This document shows positions 13,101-32,152 of a stretch of 36,116 bases of DNA, one piece after another. The stretch comes from Catajapyx aquilonaris (Eukaryota), in NCBI GenBank assembly GCA_000934665.2, contig KZ539022.1, forward strand, positions 1-36,116, written 5' to 3'. The notes beneath the pieces are model-generated. The model was given only the letters and a program-made list of their open reading frames with translations. It did no database searches and had not been told where the DNA came from. Position 1 is the first letter of the stretch; the number at the start of each line of letters is the position of its first letter. A program made the translations under genes and the position numbers.

Positions 13101-16100
13101 TAATTTTGTGGCTGCTGTGTGTTCTAGGAGAGAAATCGCTTGCAGCTGATAACAATGGACCCAGAGAAGGCCAAATCAAAGTTACAGAAAACACATAGCA
13201 AACTAGTCAAGAAGTTGTCCAGTAAAAACATGTAAGTGATATAAAGTTGAACATACCTATCTCGTATTCAGTATGGTATGCTTAACAGTTGCATAACTTT
13301 CTCTCCAGCAATATGACTTTAGTGGCAAAAGAGGTTGGTGATGCCGATGGTAGTGATGGAGAGGCTAAAGGCAGTGACCCAAGTCAGAGTCAACATGAGA
13401 TGATGCTCACCCTCCTGAGAGGTCACCTGGCAGCTGAGAGGAGCCTCAGAGAAAAGTACCATGAGGCTGTAAGTGTCAAACATTGTTTGTAGACATATGT
13501 ACAGCTAATGGAAAGATTTGTACTGCAGTGATGTGTATTAGGATTTGGTAGGAGCTGTACTGCAATGTCATGATATGCCATGATATGAGATACCTATAAT
13601 GTATTTAGTCTTAGAATATTACTCGTGTCACAAGCCTGTAATTATTAGTTATAGTGTTGGCAGTCATTATTGTTCATTGTAATGTCAGTACTATTCTAAG
13701 GCTGAATTCATCACAGAGAGGATATCTTCATTGGCATTCAAGCATTGATACTGCTTCTTTAGGAAAGTACCAAATGTTGAAGAAACATGATGAGCTTTAG
13801 TTCTATTATATGGTTAATTGCCTTAGAAGCTTAGATGAAGGTCAGCTTTCACATTCTTCCACCAGTGCTGTGCATTTCTGCCCTGTTTAGCATAAAAATC
13901 ATAACTACAATGTGTTAAAATGTTAAATGTTGCCTCTCTGGATCCATTTAACTACTACCATTGGCATGTACATTTCAGTTTGCCTTTTTTGATAAAAAAG
14001 ATCAAGATGTCAGTACTGAGTTGCACGGAGGAATGAAACTTCACTCAGACATTATTGAACTGACAGCATGCTGACTTTCTGGGGGCACTTATCAATTCCA
14101 CTCCTGTTCTTGTGGGAATATATCTAATATATAAATGGCCATCTAAAAATTGACTCAGCTGCTGATTCATTGACGTGTTGCCATTACAGTATTACACCAT
14201 TCTGGAAAAGGTCATGAAGATGTCTCAGAGTGAGCAACTCAAGACTCTTCAGGGAATGCAGGAGAAGGAAACAACCGAGATCATGAAGCGCATAGGCAGC
14301 ATGCAGAGAGAGGAGTTTAAGATTTTAGCCAAGACATACAAGGACAAGGATGAGCTGGCCAGGTGAGCAAGTATACATGTTGACTGAAGGGGAACTACCT
14401 AGTTGTGCACTAATTTACAAGGGTTGATTCAAAAGTCATGGCGCATATTTTTTTATTCAAAAACGGTAACACATACAGAGATGACCTTTGCTGAGGTTTG
14501 AAGATCCGGCGATTACAATTTTATCTGGCATATAGATGTCGCCCATATCACGGGGGGAGTGGGGAAACAAAAGGGGATCGTGACCCCCTCACCGCACCAT
14601 CGCCCTAAGACGGTTCGAGCCCGCCGCGCTTGGAGCTGTTGGACGCTGCATGCGGGACACTCGGAGATGGACAACACTGGAGCTTGCTTTCGAGTGTGGG
14701 ACAAGTCAGAGAACTATGACCGTAGCCATGTGTCGTCCATCGCCACAGACAGTTTTAAAAAACCATCGCCCTGAATGCGATCGAGTTCCAAGCGAGGGCA
14801 AAATGGTGGCACTTATGCACCTCAAAAGATTGCTGTAAAACTCGAAATTCGAATACTGCCAGCCAACTACTTGGCTGATTTAATTATGAAATATGTTAAA
14901 ATATATGGAATAACAACCTTGAGAATAGTGCCCGACTAATTTGCTGAAATCATCGTACTTTGTGAGAAATAAATTATTTCTTATCTGCGGCTTTCCTGTT
15001 ACTTCGGAAATCTCCCAAATTCATTTATTTCTCGCAAAGTACGACGATTTCAAGAACTTCGTGTGGCACGGTTCTCAAGGTTAATATTCCGTCTATTTTA
15101 ACGTGTTTCATCTATATAAATAAAGCCGTTTGTGAGTCTGTCTGTCCTTCTGTCTGTCTGTCCACCCACCAATGCCATCTGGATGCGGTCCTTCTCCCGC
15201 CTGTATAACGGCAACTGTCATTTGCCTGCTAAGAGTGCTAACCGTCATTTGCCTGTCATCTGTGGTCCATCTGCAACACCTCCAACCCTCCCGGCCTTCC
15301 TAATCTTCTACACGGTGAATACTGTAACTTTGGCAAAAATCACAGGGTGGGTAGTGTGGACCAAGACAAGTATTTTTGACATAGGAACCCATGTCCGGAA
15401 ATGCCCCTGTACGGGGGTACAGCCGTTTCCCACACAATATTTGGATGCAGGCAAAGGCCTGAACAACAACGCAAGTTTCGAGTATGGTGGGTTGCCTACC
15501 CACCAGGCACAACTAGAGACCCTTAAAGAAGAGAGTCGCCAACTTGTTACGTAAGGTCGTCTCTGATTCGTTGGAGTCATTCTTACTCCAACCTGCTCCA
15601 ACGAATCAGAGACGACATTTTTTGGAGTGTTGACGTGTTTTAAGCGGGTTGGGATCTTGAATTGCTATGTAAACAGCCAAACAACGATTGTTGTTCAGGC
15701 CTTTGGCTGCATCCAAATATTGTGCGGGAAACGGCCGTACCCCCGTACGGGGGCATTTCCGGACATGGGTTCCTATGTCAAAAATACTTGTCATGGTCCA
15801 CACTACCCACCCTGTGATTTTTGCCAAAGTTACAGTATTCACCCTGCTATATAAATAAAGACAGATGTGATTCTGTCTGTCTGTCTGTCCGTCCGTCCGT
15901 CCGGCACGCCAACCATCTCATTCGCCTGCCGTCTGTGGTCCGCTTCCTGCACCTCCAACCTCTCCCGTCCTTCCGACCCAGCCGGCCCCAGGACACTACC
16001 TCTACGTTCTTATCTTATCGCCTGCCAGGGCGTTTTGCAGGAGGTGCTCACCTGAGAGCGCCATGACATCTTTCACGGAGTATTTATGTGGCGACCCTAC

Positions 16101-17062
16101 CGGACTACGCTGAACTTTATAGGTACAAAAGGGAAGTCCTACATGTGGGCCCAACATGGCCGCCCGACCATGTTGGGGTCCACATAAATACTCCGTGAAA
16201 GATCTCATGGCGCTCATAGGTGAGCACCTCCTGCAAAACGCCCCGGCAGGGGGTAGGTGGGACTGTCCAGACCTTAGTAGTCTATGACCAAGGACCCAGC
16301 CTTCGTAAAAGTGTCATGGCGGCTCTCTGTGCGTGAAAATTTTTACGGGGCTACAGGTAGGTGTTATCGTCCCTTCATTCATTTATTCCCGGGCAACGCC
16401 GGGTATCGCAGCTAGTAATCAAATAAGCCTAACAGTTGGCTGCAGTTCTCAAATTTCGAGTTTTTTTACAGTGGTCTTTTTGGAAATTAATTTAGGAACT
16501 TATAGAGGGGGAAAATTGTTCCAAACACATACATAGCATAGAGCATGAATATGTAAGTATAGCTGTTATTGTTGGTAAAATATCTTATTTTTTATCTTCA
16601 GAGTACTTGTAAGTTTAACAGAAACGAAAATCTAGGCGATGATGGTAGAGCTGGTGTCTGGTAGCGAAGGGGTTAATAATGAGCATCTTGGTGTAAAACA
16701 ATATTTCTAACTGAAACAGCCATCTAAATTGCAACAAACTGTATAAGTTGGTATGTTTCTTGGGTAGAATGAAGAGGGAGGTGTCCAACACCGTAGTGGA
16801 CAAGGGCGTCCAAGAGCGTGAGAAACTATCAAGCGTCTATGAGTGGAAGCGCAAGGAGCTGGAGAGAGAGCACGGGGAAGTGAGACTGCACTTGGAGGAA
16901 GAGAAGCAGCGGTCCAAGGACATTCTCAGGAAGGAGTTTGAAGAACGGGATGGAATGCTAGAAAGCCAGGCACACTCACATCTCATGGAGGCTTGCGGAG
17001 GGAGTGGGGGAGGGGCAGCAGGGGCATCTGCAGCATGCCCGGGCTCCGGAACTGCTCTGTGA
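3865..17062 (+). CDS. Plc21C: Phosphoinositide phospholipase C beta (Plc21C-like), 5'-partial; join(3865..4126,4982..5161,5895..6104,6185..6339,9351..9515,9832..10486,12005..12103,12938..13059,13128..13231,13309..13468,14190..14362,16768..17062)
   Basis: Exons bounded by AG/GT with matching phases give one continuous frame containing PI-PLC motifs KIIIKNKK (X-box end), [57 protein letters not shown] (Y box), a C2 domain and a PLC-beta C-terminal coiled coil. The match to Plc21C is from recall. Confidence 0.93.
4982..5161 (+). CDS. Plc21C: PLC-beta exon: acidic X-Y linker and start of Y domain
   Basis: tttttggcag| acceptor, [10 protein letters not shown]...[22 protein letters not shown]|gtgagt donor (phase 1 to 1). 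Confidence 0.93.
5895..6104 (+). CDS. Plc21C: PLC-beta exon: catalytic Y domain
   Basis: ttttactccag| acceptor, [20 protein letters not shown]...[10 protein letters not shown]|gtaaga donor. Confidence 0.96.
6185..6339 (+). CDS. Plc21C: PLC-beta exon: end of Y domain, start of C2
   Basis: ttcaacag| acceptor after an 80-nt intron, [27 protein letters not shown]...GTVSVQ, CAG|gtacag donor. Confidence 0.95.
6881..6991. mobile_element. Small hairpin MITE, same family as 26653..26761
   Basis: Palindrome aattttcgtcccactgctagtt...aactagcagtgggacgaaaatt; closely similar second copy in SRP54 intron 5. Confidence 0.75.
7136..7635. mobile_element. piggyBac-type MITE (500 bp) nested in the right arm of the foldback
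   Basis: TTAA|CCCTCAGACGGTGACGTG ... CACGTCACCGTCCGAGGG|TTAA; subterminal inverted repeat gtgggcactttttgtgaccaa; the left arm shows the empty TTAA site. Confidence 0.9.
8758..9013. mobile_element. MITE (~255 bp), copy 1; superfamily unassigned
   Basis: Imperfect TIR tcgtcgttaatttgacaaaa / ttttgtcagattaacggca; internal sequence (gccagcaccatcaagtgtt, gccatcctatgtattt) shared in reverse orientation with 22397..22646. Confidence 0.8.
9351..9515 (+). CDS. Plc21C: PLC-beta exon: C2 domain
   Basis: tttccaccag| acceptor, [27 protein letters not shown]...FVFKK, AAG|gtaaga donor (165 nt, phase 0 to 0). Confidence 0.96.
9832..10486 (+). CDS. Plc21C: PLC-beta exon: C2 end, proximal CTD (ALANPIKYQ) and Gly/Ser-rich linker
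   Basis: ttccactcaag| acceptor, [10 protein letters not shown]...PGYRHVGLR...[17 protein letters not shown]|gtaagg donor (phase 1). Confidence 0.92.
10824..11393. mobile_element. Possible decayed TTAA-type (piggyBac-like) non-autonomous element
   Basis: Right end aagaggg|TTAA, degenerate left end TTAA|actctct, CpG-richer interior. TIR match is poor. Confidence 0.3.
11571..11588 (+). CDS. Candidate 18-nt in-frame micro-exon of PLC-beta (MGKQQL)
   Basis: ttcttacatctcaccag| acceptor, |gtaatt donor, phase 1 to 1, no stop. Supported by splice signals only. Confidence 0.35.
   Translation, partial: WASSS
12005..12103 (+). CDS. Plc21C: PLC-beta 99-nt symmetric linker exon ([33 protein letters not shown]), possibly a cassette
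   Basis: ttactctag| acceptor, G|gtgaga donor, GC-rich island in an AT-rich intron, phase 1 to 1 and open in the required frame. Not in the ORF track. Confidence 0.7.
   Translation, partial: GLRVGLPGWHFEARPVMGTAEGTGRDSLLAHF
12938..13059 (+). CDS. Plc21C: PLC-beta exon: start of distal CTD coiled coil
   Basis: [21 protein letters not shown]...KKKHEK, AAG|gtgctt donor. The acceptor ggtag| is phase-compatible but weak, so the 5' edge is less certain. Confidence 0.85.
13128..13231 (+). CDS. Plc21C: PLC-beta exon: CTD
   Basis: gttctag| acceptor, [36 protein letters not shown]|gtaagt donor (phase 0 to 2). Confidence 0.88.
13309..13468 (+). CDS. Plc21C: PLC-beta exon: CTD
   Basis: ctttctctccag| acceptor, NMTLVAKE...[11 protein letters not shown]|gtaagt donor (phase 2 to 0). 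Confidence 0.88.
14190..14362 (+). CDS. Plc21C: PLC-beta exon: CTD coiled coil
   Basis: ccattacag| acceptor, [18 protein letters not shown]...KDKDELA, AG|gtgagc donor (phase 0 to 2). Confidence 0.9.
14418..14480. mobile_element. Mariner-like terminal remnant
   Basis: TA|CAAGGGTTGATTCAAAAGT resembles mariner termini; no partner TIR found. Confidence 0.35.
15311..15846. mobile_element. Tc1/mariner-like foldback MITE inside the Helitron (~158-bp arms)
   Basis: TA|CACGGTGAATACTGTAACTTTGGC ... GCCAAAGTTACAGTATTCACCCTG; near-perfect arms 15311-15469 / 15688-15846; the right TA is not intact. Confidence 0.8.
16021..16250. repeat. Long GC-rich inverted repeat (~70-bp arms) within the Helitron
   Basis: cctgccagggcgttttgcaggaggtgctcacct...acggagtatttatgtgg mirrored by ccacataaatactccgt...aggtgagcacctcctgcaaaacgccccggcagg. 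Confidence 0.85.
16768..17062 (+). CDS. Plc21C: PLC-beta last coding exon, ends in -GTAL (class I PDZ-binding-type motif)
   Basis: Phase-2 acceptor gggtag|, [21 protein letters not shown] coiled coil typical of the PLC-beta CTD, TGA at 17060..17062. Confidence 0.9.
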
Positions 17063-18076
17063 AATATTTGAGGGGTGGGGAAGAAGATGCCCCATCCCTA
17101 ATATTCAAAAGTAATGCAGCTTCTCATTAAAATGTCTCCTCACCAAAGGTAAGGCTATAAAATTGTTACTATGGTTACATAATAATACTGAAACACTGTA
17201 CTATGAGAAATTCCTGCAAGTCCAGACTTATGGGTCACCCTGTTCTGACTCCGTGGGAGGGGGTATTTTTAGCTCACGCTGGGAGGCAGAAAAGCTTATT
17301 AGCATACGCCATGGTAGGAGCAGTTTGAGTCTCAAACTGTGCTATTTCTGTCTACACTCGAGTTCCCAGTTCAAAAAGCGCAGGACATCATATGATGTCC
17401 ATAGGTCTCAAAGGGTTAAGAGGAAAAAAACACTGGAAGCAAGATAAAGTTTTGTAACACAAGAACTGCTGCAATTAATATCCAGTCCATTTACAAGTAG
17501 TGCATATTTACATTTCTAAAAGTTAAAGTATATGGCCAGCAAACATAAAAATTAATCGCAAAAGTTAACAGAACAACCTGGTTACATTGCCTTATAGTCA
17601 GCAGAAAGCAACATATAACTTGAAATATATATTACACAATTTTAAAATGTGTTTCTTATGCTCTACTAGAAATTTCTCTCCTGACAGTAAAAATCTTTGT
17701 TATGAATTTTAGCAAAACAGTTACACTTATCAAAACATTGATAAATGTATGTTCACTCTAAATCTCATGCTCTCTTACTTTAGTTTGAGTCGTCTTTTGA
17801 TAAAATTAACTGTTCAAAAAACAAAGAAAAAATAACTGTGTTTTGCCGCTATTTTTCCAAAATGGCAGCTGTAATAGGTAGGGAAAATCATGGCGACAAG
17901 TTGATTTTGAACCTTCTTATTATCCTTAACAACCTCGACGTATAATCTGTAACAAACAGATCAAAATTACCATTAATATTACAGCGGCACGGATTTTTTG
18001 AACAATTCTTCTCATGCTATTTCAGACAAAAGTGATTATGGACTTTACTGACTTTGTCTGCTCGATTGTGGCTTAA

Positions 18077-18491
18077 AGGGACACTCCACTCAAAATACAA
18101 GTTGGGTTCTAAAAATCGGGCAAAAAAATCCTGATTCCGAGGGTATAAGCAGTTTTTCTTAGAGACGAACGGTAAGGCCAGTGTGAAAGCTGGAAGTGTG
18201 TCGTTTGAAAACTGCGCGCGGGGCAGTGGGCGCAGGTGGCGACACCACCAGAGTGGAACCGGGCGGAACTAGACCAGGGTCGCCTGGCGCGGCAGGTGTT
18301 TACTGACCGCGCTATACTTCTCCGGTTTGCCGCGGGATTGTATTGTATCGCCCTTCTTAGCAGACGACGTGTGTAGATATATGATTTTCCGTGTTACCGT
18401 TGGGCGTAGAAAAAAACCGATTGCACATTCGGAATCAGGATTTTTTTCCCTATTTTTGGGGGCCAACTTGTATTTTGAGTGGAGTGTCCCT
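18077..18491. mobile_element. Kolobok-type MITE (415 bp)
   Basis: TTAA|AGGGACACTCCACTCAAAATACAAGTTGG ... CCAACTTGTATTTTGAGTGGAGTGTCCCT|TTAA; AG..CT termini with a TTAA TSD; ~100-bp imperfect arms. Confidence 0.85.
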
Positions 18492-19619
18492 TTAACGGTT
18501 CCAGTTATCAAAATATCGATAGTGTACTTTTCGATGCAAATAATAATTCTCTTTAGGAATCATTCTAAACGTTTTTCCATGAAATGAACGGTTAAAAAGA
18601 TCAAATTGAAAAACCGGATTTTGCTGCCACTTTTCCAATATGGGGACCATAATGCCTTCTCAGCATGCTTAACTTCCCACAAACAGAACAAAATTAACAC
18701 GAAATATGAGAGAAACTGAATTTTTGAACAAATGTGCCCAGACAGAGTGGTTGCCTATTAGATATTTTGCAATGGTCTGGCATTCAGGCAACATTTTGCT
18801 TTCCTGCCAACAAGGGAATTTCAGAAACCTGTTTGGAGTGTAAGAATCTCTCATAATAATTGAATAATATTGCGTAACATGGGGAATCTATTGGAAATTC
18901 ACAGGCATGTAATCTTGCACAAAATGCTCCAGTGTCAGACCCCATGATATAATTATGACACTGTAATACCACCCAACCTTGAAATTGAGCTGTTAATTAG
19001 CTACAAAAGGTGATGTTAACTAGGTTTTGTGTCTTTTTGTGCTAGATTTTGTGTTCAGCCCTATTATGGAGCGAGAAGTGATTTTTCAAGTCGCCACCAC
19101 TGCTGATGACATCTCCCCTAAAATAGTATGAGGATGTGGGAAGCCAAAAAAGCAGCCTGGAAAAGAAGAGACAAGGGATGTGAGCCACACTCTGGATGAT
19201 AACAGGTGGAAGAAGAAAAAGGAGAACAGAAGAGACCCATCAGTATTATTACACAGCGCTGTTTCACCCTATACCTCCTAACCTCAACTTGCCTTTCCTC
19301 TTCTGTAATCCAGAACTTTCTTTCATTTTCATTCACCTGACAAAGAATGTTTTCTAAAAAAAAAAGAAAAAAAGAAAAGAAAAATTGAGGAAAAAAAAGA
19401 GAAACGGTAAGTGCAAGACAAAGCTGAGACATTTAATACTTAAAACTTAATGCTATGCAGTCTGCTCTCTTCATTCTCTCTTCATCAACCTTGAGTACCC
19501 AGTCTACAAGTATTACAAACTTCCTTCAATCCCAAACACCCAAGACTTTTTCCCAGTCCATTTACCCCTCCGATGGTGGATGTTGCTAGTAGTTACCTAT
19601 TTGTTACTGGCCCAATGTA

Positions 19620-19885
19620 GCATCCGTTTCCTCGGAGACACCAACAGGCAGCATATCAGTCCTAAAATGAGCTGATCAATGCTTTAGAGGCATGTAAGAG
19701 AGCACGTACGAAATCTTAGGGTATGACGATGAAAAAAAATGGGACCTGCAGGCCATGTTTCATGATAATCAGTAATTAGTGTCATATTGTTGATTGGGAA
19801 GAAGTAGGATAATATAGTCCTGAAACTAAAAGTTAGGGTGCTATCATGGATTAATAAATGGTTGGTATTCCGAGGGAACGGATGC
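19620..19885. mobile_element. Decayed MITE-like element
   Basis: Inverted repeats gcatccgtttcctcggagacaccaac / gttggtattccgagggaacggatgc; termini and TSD unresolved. Confidence 0.5.
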
Positions 19886-22396
19886 CTTAGGGCACAATAG
19901 TCGTAACAATAACAGTAATAATTACGAATAAGTACAGTAGGTATTTAAGATGCTGTTTTTCTCACGGCAATAAGGCGCCTTTGTTTTTCTCTCGATGTTA
20001 ATTTTTTTTCTTACGAGTGGGAAGGTCTCATTGATTTTCTCATTTTTACCTTCATTTTCCACTATTTATTCCACACATTTTTATTGTTCTTGACTGTAAA
20101 TGTCTGCATGTTTTATTTTACCCTCCTGTCTGCTGTAGGGAGGTAAACATAGGTGGGTAGTTAGGTGGGAATTTTTACCTGCTGCACTCTTAACGTGGTA
20201 GTTAATTCCCATTGTGTCCTTAATGTGTGGTGGGTCACATGTCCAGAAAAAAATGGGGTTTTAATTTGTGAACCTCTGTAGGACCTTCTTTTTTTATTAT
20301 GTAGATTAGATGCTTCCTAGCAAGGAGAAAAAAAAAGCAACAAAGAAGGAGATGATTAGTTGCAGGGTAGGAACAAAAAGATGTAAAATATTGAGATTGT
20401 TGGGGGGTGAGGGGATTTGTGAAAATAAGTGAGGCCACATTCCTTTCCTATCCAGCCTCAAACTCCATCCAAACTTTCACCCTTTTTGCAAAACTTGGCT
20501 GCTTCTGTGATAAGCTGAAATTTTAAAAAAATACGTAGAGGATGCAAGAAACAGCAGAACAAACAAACAAACAAAAAAAGCTCGACTCGGTTTTGTGCGT
20601 GACAAATGTAGGCATTTGTCCAGCCTCTTAGTATAAATTTTCCTTTCCCCCCTGCCTCCCTCGCCCCCTCAAAATGCTAGTAAAAATTGGGCTAGTGCAG
20701 ATTGGACCCGAGTGAGAGAAGGTGTGAATGATCAGTGTTGACTTTAGATGCAAGAAAAACTTCCAGTGATGCATTTATTTGATTTTCTTGGCATTTGTTG
20801 TTTTCATGTGGGTGAATTGGTCTTCCAGTCCGAAGACTTATGGAGACCATTTCTTCCTGTTTCAATCATTATTGTCACCTTCAGATTTAATTGACCTTTC
20901 AGTGCCATACCAGTGTTTAGTTGATAGGCAGCATGAGTGACGAGTAAATGGCAAAAGATCAGGGCTCAGTTATTGGAATCAGTGCTTTATATGTACTGCA
21001 ATAAATGTGTAGTTAAATGCAATGTAACACTATATCAGTCCTGTGATCCAATTGATACCATCAATGATAATCAAGAGAGCTCCGTCAGTCTTAGGTTGCA
21101 AGTGGAAAGGGGCCAATCTTGCACTTTTTCACTCTTGTTTTTTTGTTGCACTTGCTTTCGACTAGAGCCTCATTTCTACTGGCATGGCCATTGGGTAGTG
21201 AAGAAAAATACACGAATGGCAAGTAGAAGCTTGGCGAGTGGAGGAGAAAGAGAGAGAGAGACAGAGAGAGATATGTAGCAATTTATGCAGGGACAATCGC
21301 CAGCTTTTGTGGACTACTGTTTGCTCGTCCCAACTTTGTACCTTATTGTTTTCTACTCGTAAGAAATGCAAACGAAAAAATAAGAAAACACGCAATGCGA
21401 ACAAAAAATATATTCCTAGTGCTCAAAAAGTGAGGTTTCCCTCCCCCGTAGAAGAGCAGCTACCTTCCTGACCCATATAATAATTATTTTTTAGGTTTTC
21501 ATTAATAAGTGATTTATTTGTCTGTGTCTATTCTCAATCATCACTATGCAGGGTTTTACTGTTGTTTGTTTTTTTCTTTTTTCTCCCCTGTTGTTGCTGT
21601 AGCTAATTCTATTAGCAGGGGTGGGGGCGCCATTCATGTCTGTAGGGAGACTTGTCTGTTATTAACCTCCAATGGATGCTTCCCTCCCACTTTTCCCAAT
21701 AGCGAGTTAAGCCAAACTTGGAAAATAACAATACCATACCAACACATAAATATTTATGCTCCTTGATCAACATTATTTTTCAGATATGGTTGTTTCAAGT
21801 CATAATATTGTGTACCTCAAAGGTCTCTCCAATAAATAAAACAAAACAAAACAACCAAACAAAATTATTTCTTGCTCAAATCTTTCGCCTCCAATAGAAA
21901 ACAGGGTTGATTATTGCTGCATAAAATTTCCAGCTTGTTATTTATACAGTACGTATGGTATATTTGAATTTTTTGTCTCAAGAAATTCAGACACTTATAT
22001 ATGTGAAGACAGATTATATGTATATATTTGAAAAGAGATATATTTGGAGAGGAAGAGTAAGATGAGAGATATTGCAAAAAAAAAAAAACATATTTTTATG
22101 TGGATTGGAATCTAAACAATGGAAGGTTGTTTTGCATGCACTTAAAGACTGGCTTGAAATTCATGGTTCACATGAGAAGGGTGTATGGATTTGGATAAAT
22201 TTTGACAACTTTATTTACAATTGGAGTAAACATAACCCTTACATTCATTATTTGCACAAAAAAGCCGTGTGAAAAATCATCATTGTAAAAAATCATGAAA
22301 AAGGAAAAGGGAAAAAAATATCCTCCTCACTTCAGGTAGAGGTGTGGGCTCCTCCCAAAGTATTCCAAGTCTAGTGAAATTTGGGAAGATGCACAA

Positions 22397-22646
22397 TTCG
22401 TCGTTGATCTGACAAAAGGACGAAATCAACATTTTCGTAATTTTACAGCCAGCCAAAAGAAACTGCAAACCGCTCTACAAATACATAGGATGGCGTTTTT
22501 ATTTTCTGTTCTAACTCTGACGCCACTTGTTCCATGGGTTCGCCGTTTCGTCATAATGTGACCTAACACTTGATGGTGCTGGCAGAGGCCATAATTCCAT
22601 TTTATCAAAAAATTCAAATTCTTCCTTTTGTCGGATTAACGACGAA
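22397..22646. mobile_element. MITE copy 2 (family of 8758..9013, opposite orientation)
   Basis: TIR ttcgtcgttgatctgacaaaagga / tccttttgtcggattaacgacgaa plus shared interior. Confidence 0.8.
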
Positions 22647-23462
22647 CTATAGTCAATGCTGGAGTTCTCTGTGGAAATCTCCCGAAAGAGCCGCCTGCCA
22701 CTAGTGACAATGATCAATTGATTTGACTTTTAATGGGGCAACAGCAGCAGTGTCTATCTGCTGGAAGCAAGTCATGTAAATCCCTTAGTTCACACCTCTA
22801 CTTCGAAGTGCACATCAGTTTTAAGAGGAAGGAAAAGTAATACCCGAGTGTAGTGCAGCTTAAGACCATCACCAGTATTACCAGACAAGCTGTCAAACAT
22901 TAGTGAGATGTAAATGAAAGGAGCATAGTTGGGCAGCCAGAGTTCTCTCACCCTACTGGATTACGAGGCTTAGTGTTATTTCCCATATTATGACAAAGAA
23001 AAAGCAAGATTAAAAAAGAAACAGCATATTTTTTATGTTTTTGGCACTCGCTTCCTGCAAAACCCGAATCACTGCTTGTACACATACTCCGTTTGCACTT
23101 TTGAATACGCCGTGTTGAAATGGTGAGACGAGGGAATCAACAGTGGGTGTAGAAGTGCAAATGGAATATAGTCCCCCCCAGAAAAAGATAATATGTACAG
23201 GGAAAATGTAACTGTTTTTTGTCATGTGTTTTAGACAGGTTTTAAGACATGTTATTACTCTTGTGTGTGTGTGTGTGTGTTTTTTTTCTGTGATTCTTTT
23301 TGGTGGTGCACAGAACGACAGTCAAGAGACTTAGAAAACCTGAGATTGTTATGTAAATAAATGGGATAGTCCAAGTGATTCCAGTATAGCTGCTGGTTAG
23401 TTTTCTTGTTACAGAAGAAGAGGAAAGACCTGCAAGGACGGAACTTTTGGTCCAGCTTGCAA

Positions 23463-23468
23463 TTTATT
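23463..23468 (-). promoter_or_regulatory. Candidate SRP54 polyadenylation signal AATAAA
   Basis: AATAAA on the - strand about 120 nt downstream of the stop codon. Motif and position only. Confidence 0.45.
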
Positions 23469-23586
23469 TTTTTTAAATTTCACACCCATCCCCATAAATT
23501 GCTATGTATAAGATTGAGAAATTGTGTGTCCTGAAGCACCCTTACCCCCATTGGCACAGCACAGGCACAATGGGGCCAAAAAAATA

Positions 23587-31631
<8,045 letters not shown>

Positions 31632-31944
31632 CTACTTGTGACAGGCACGCAACAACGAGGGTACTCTCTTTCCCTCAATTTATATAAACGATAAAGTAAA
31701 AGAAATGCGCACAGCTGTTTGTGTTCGGCAGTCAGCCACACAACAGCCACACACTTGGGATTTGGGAACTACTGCAAGCACACACACGACGCTGCTGCTT
31801 CCTGTTGGGATTATTGCCACTCTACGCACAGGGAGTAGGCTACATCACACGTGCGAGTGTGTGACGGACTACATGGCCTACTACCTGCTAGACCCTCCAT
31901 GGTGTACCGACTACTTTGTACTCTCCGCATGGTACCAAGCTCTT

Positions 31945-32152
31945 CGGCGTCCGACTGCTAATCAGGAGGTCCTGGGTTCGAATCCCGGGGCCGGCAACTC
32001 TGACCGTGGTTTTCTGTGGTTTCCCACGGTCCTTCCAGGAAAATTCCGGAGTTGTTTCCGTAATTAATAGGCCACAGCCGCTTCCTTCCTTCCTTATCCT
32101 TGGAGGTTGAAAGTCAATGCTGGGCCAACCTCCTTAAATATCAATTATAAAA
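31945..32152 (+). mobile_element. 5'-truncated tRNA-derived SINE (second family) upstream of SRP54
   Basis: Perfect B box GGTTCGAATCC (31975-31985), body ggttttctgtggtttccc...aggccacagccgcttccttcc resembling insect tRNA-SINEs, 13-bp TSD gtaccaagctctt (31932-31944 / 32153-32165). Confidence 0.88.

Larger units (their letters stand above)
15111..16415 (+). mobile_element. Non-autonomous composite Helitron (1305 bp)
   Basis: A|TCTATATAAATAAAG 5' end, (GTCT/GTCC)n near the 5' end, 3' hairpin CCCGG-GCAACG-CCGGG (16388-16403), CTAG|T 3' end, inserted at A|T with no TSD. Confidence 0.9.
14823..16482. mobile_element. Older foldback/palindromic element split by the Helitron
   Basis: Left arm ~14823-14974 mirrors 15023-15110 joined to 16416-16482 (ttaacgtgtttca|taatcaaa versus the reverse complement of tttaattatgaaatatgttaa). 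Confidence 0.75.

Noticed and set aside
15132..15854. Mirror-image ORFs with near-identical peptides ([13 protein letters not shown]...) suggesting a duplicated gene
   Set aside because: They arise from the inverted arms of the foldback MITE; no protein motif is recognisable.
16640..17419. Isolated ...aggggttaa (~16676) and ...aaagggttaa (17419) piggyBac-like ends
   Set aside because: Same orientation with no partner TIR; too little evidence to delimit elements.
31945..31996. tRNA gene candidate (GGTTCGAATCCC)
   Set aside because: No 5' acceptor/D arm; followed by a SINE body and bounded by a 13-bp TSD.
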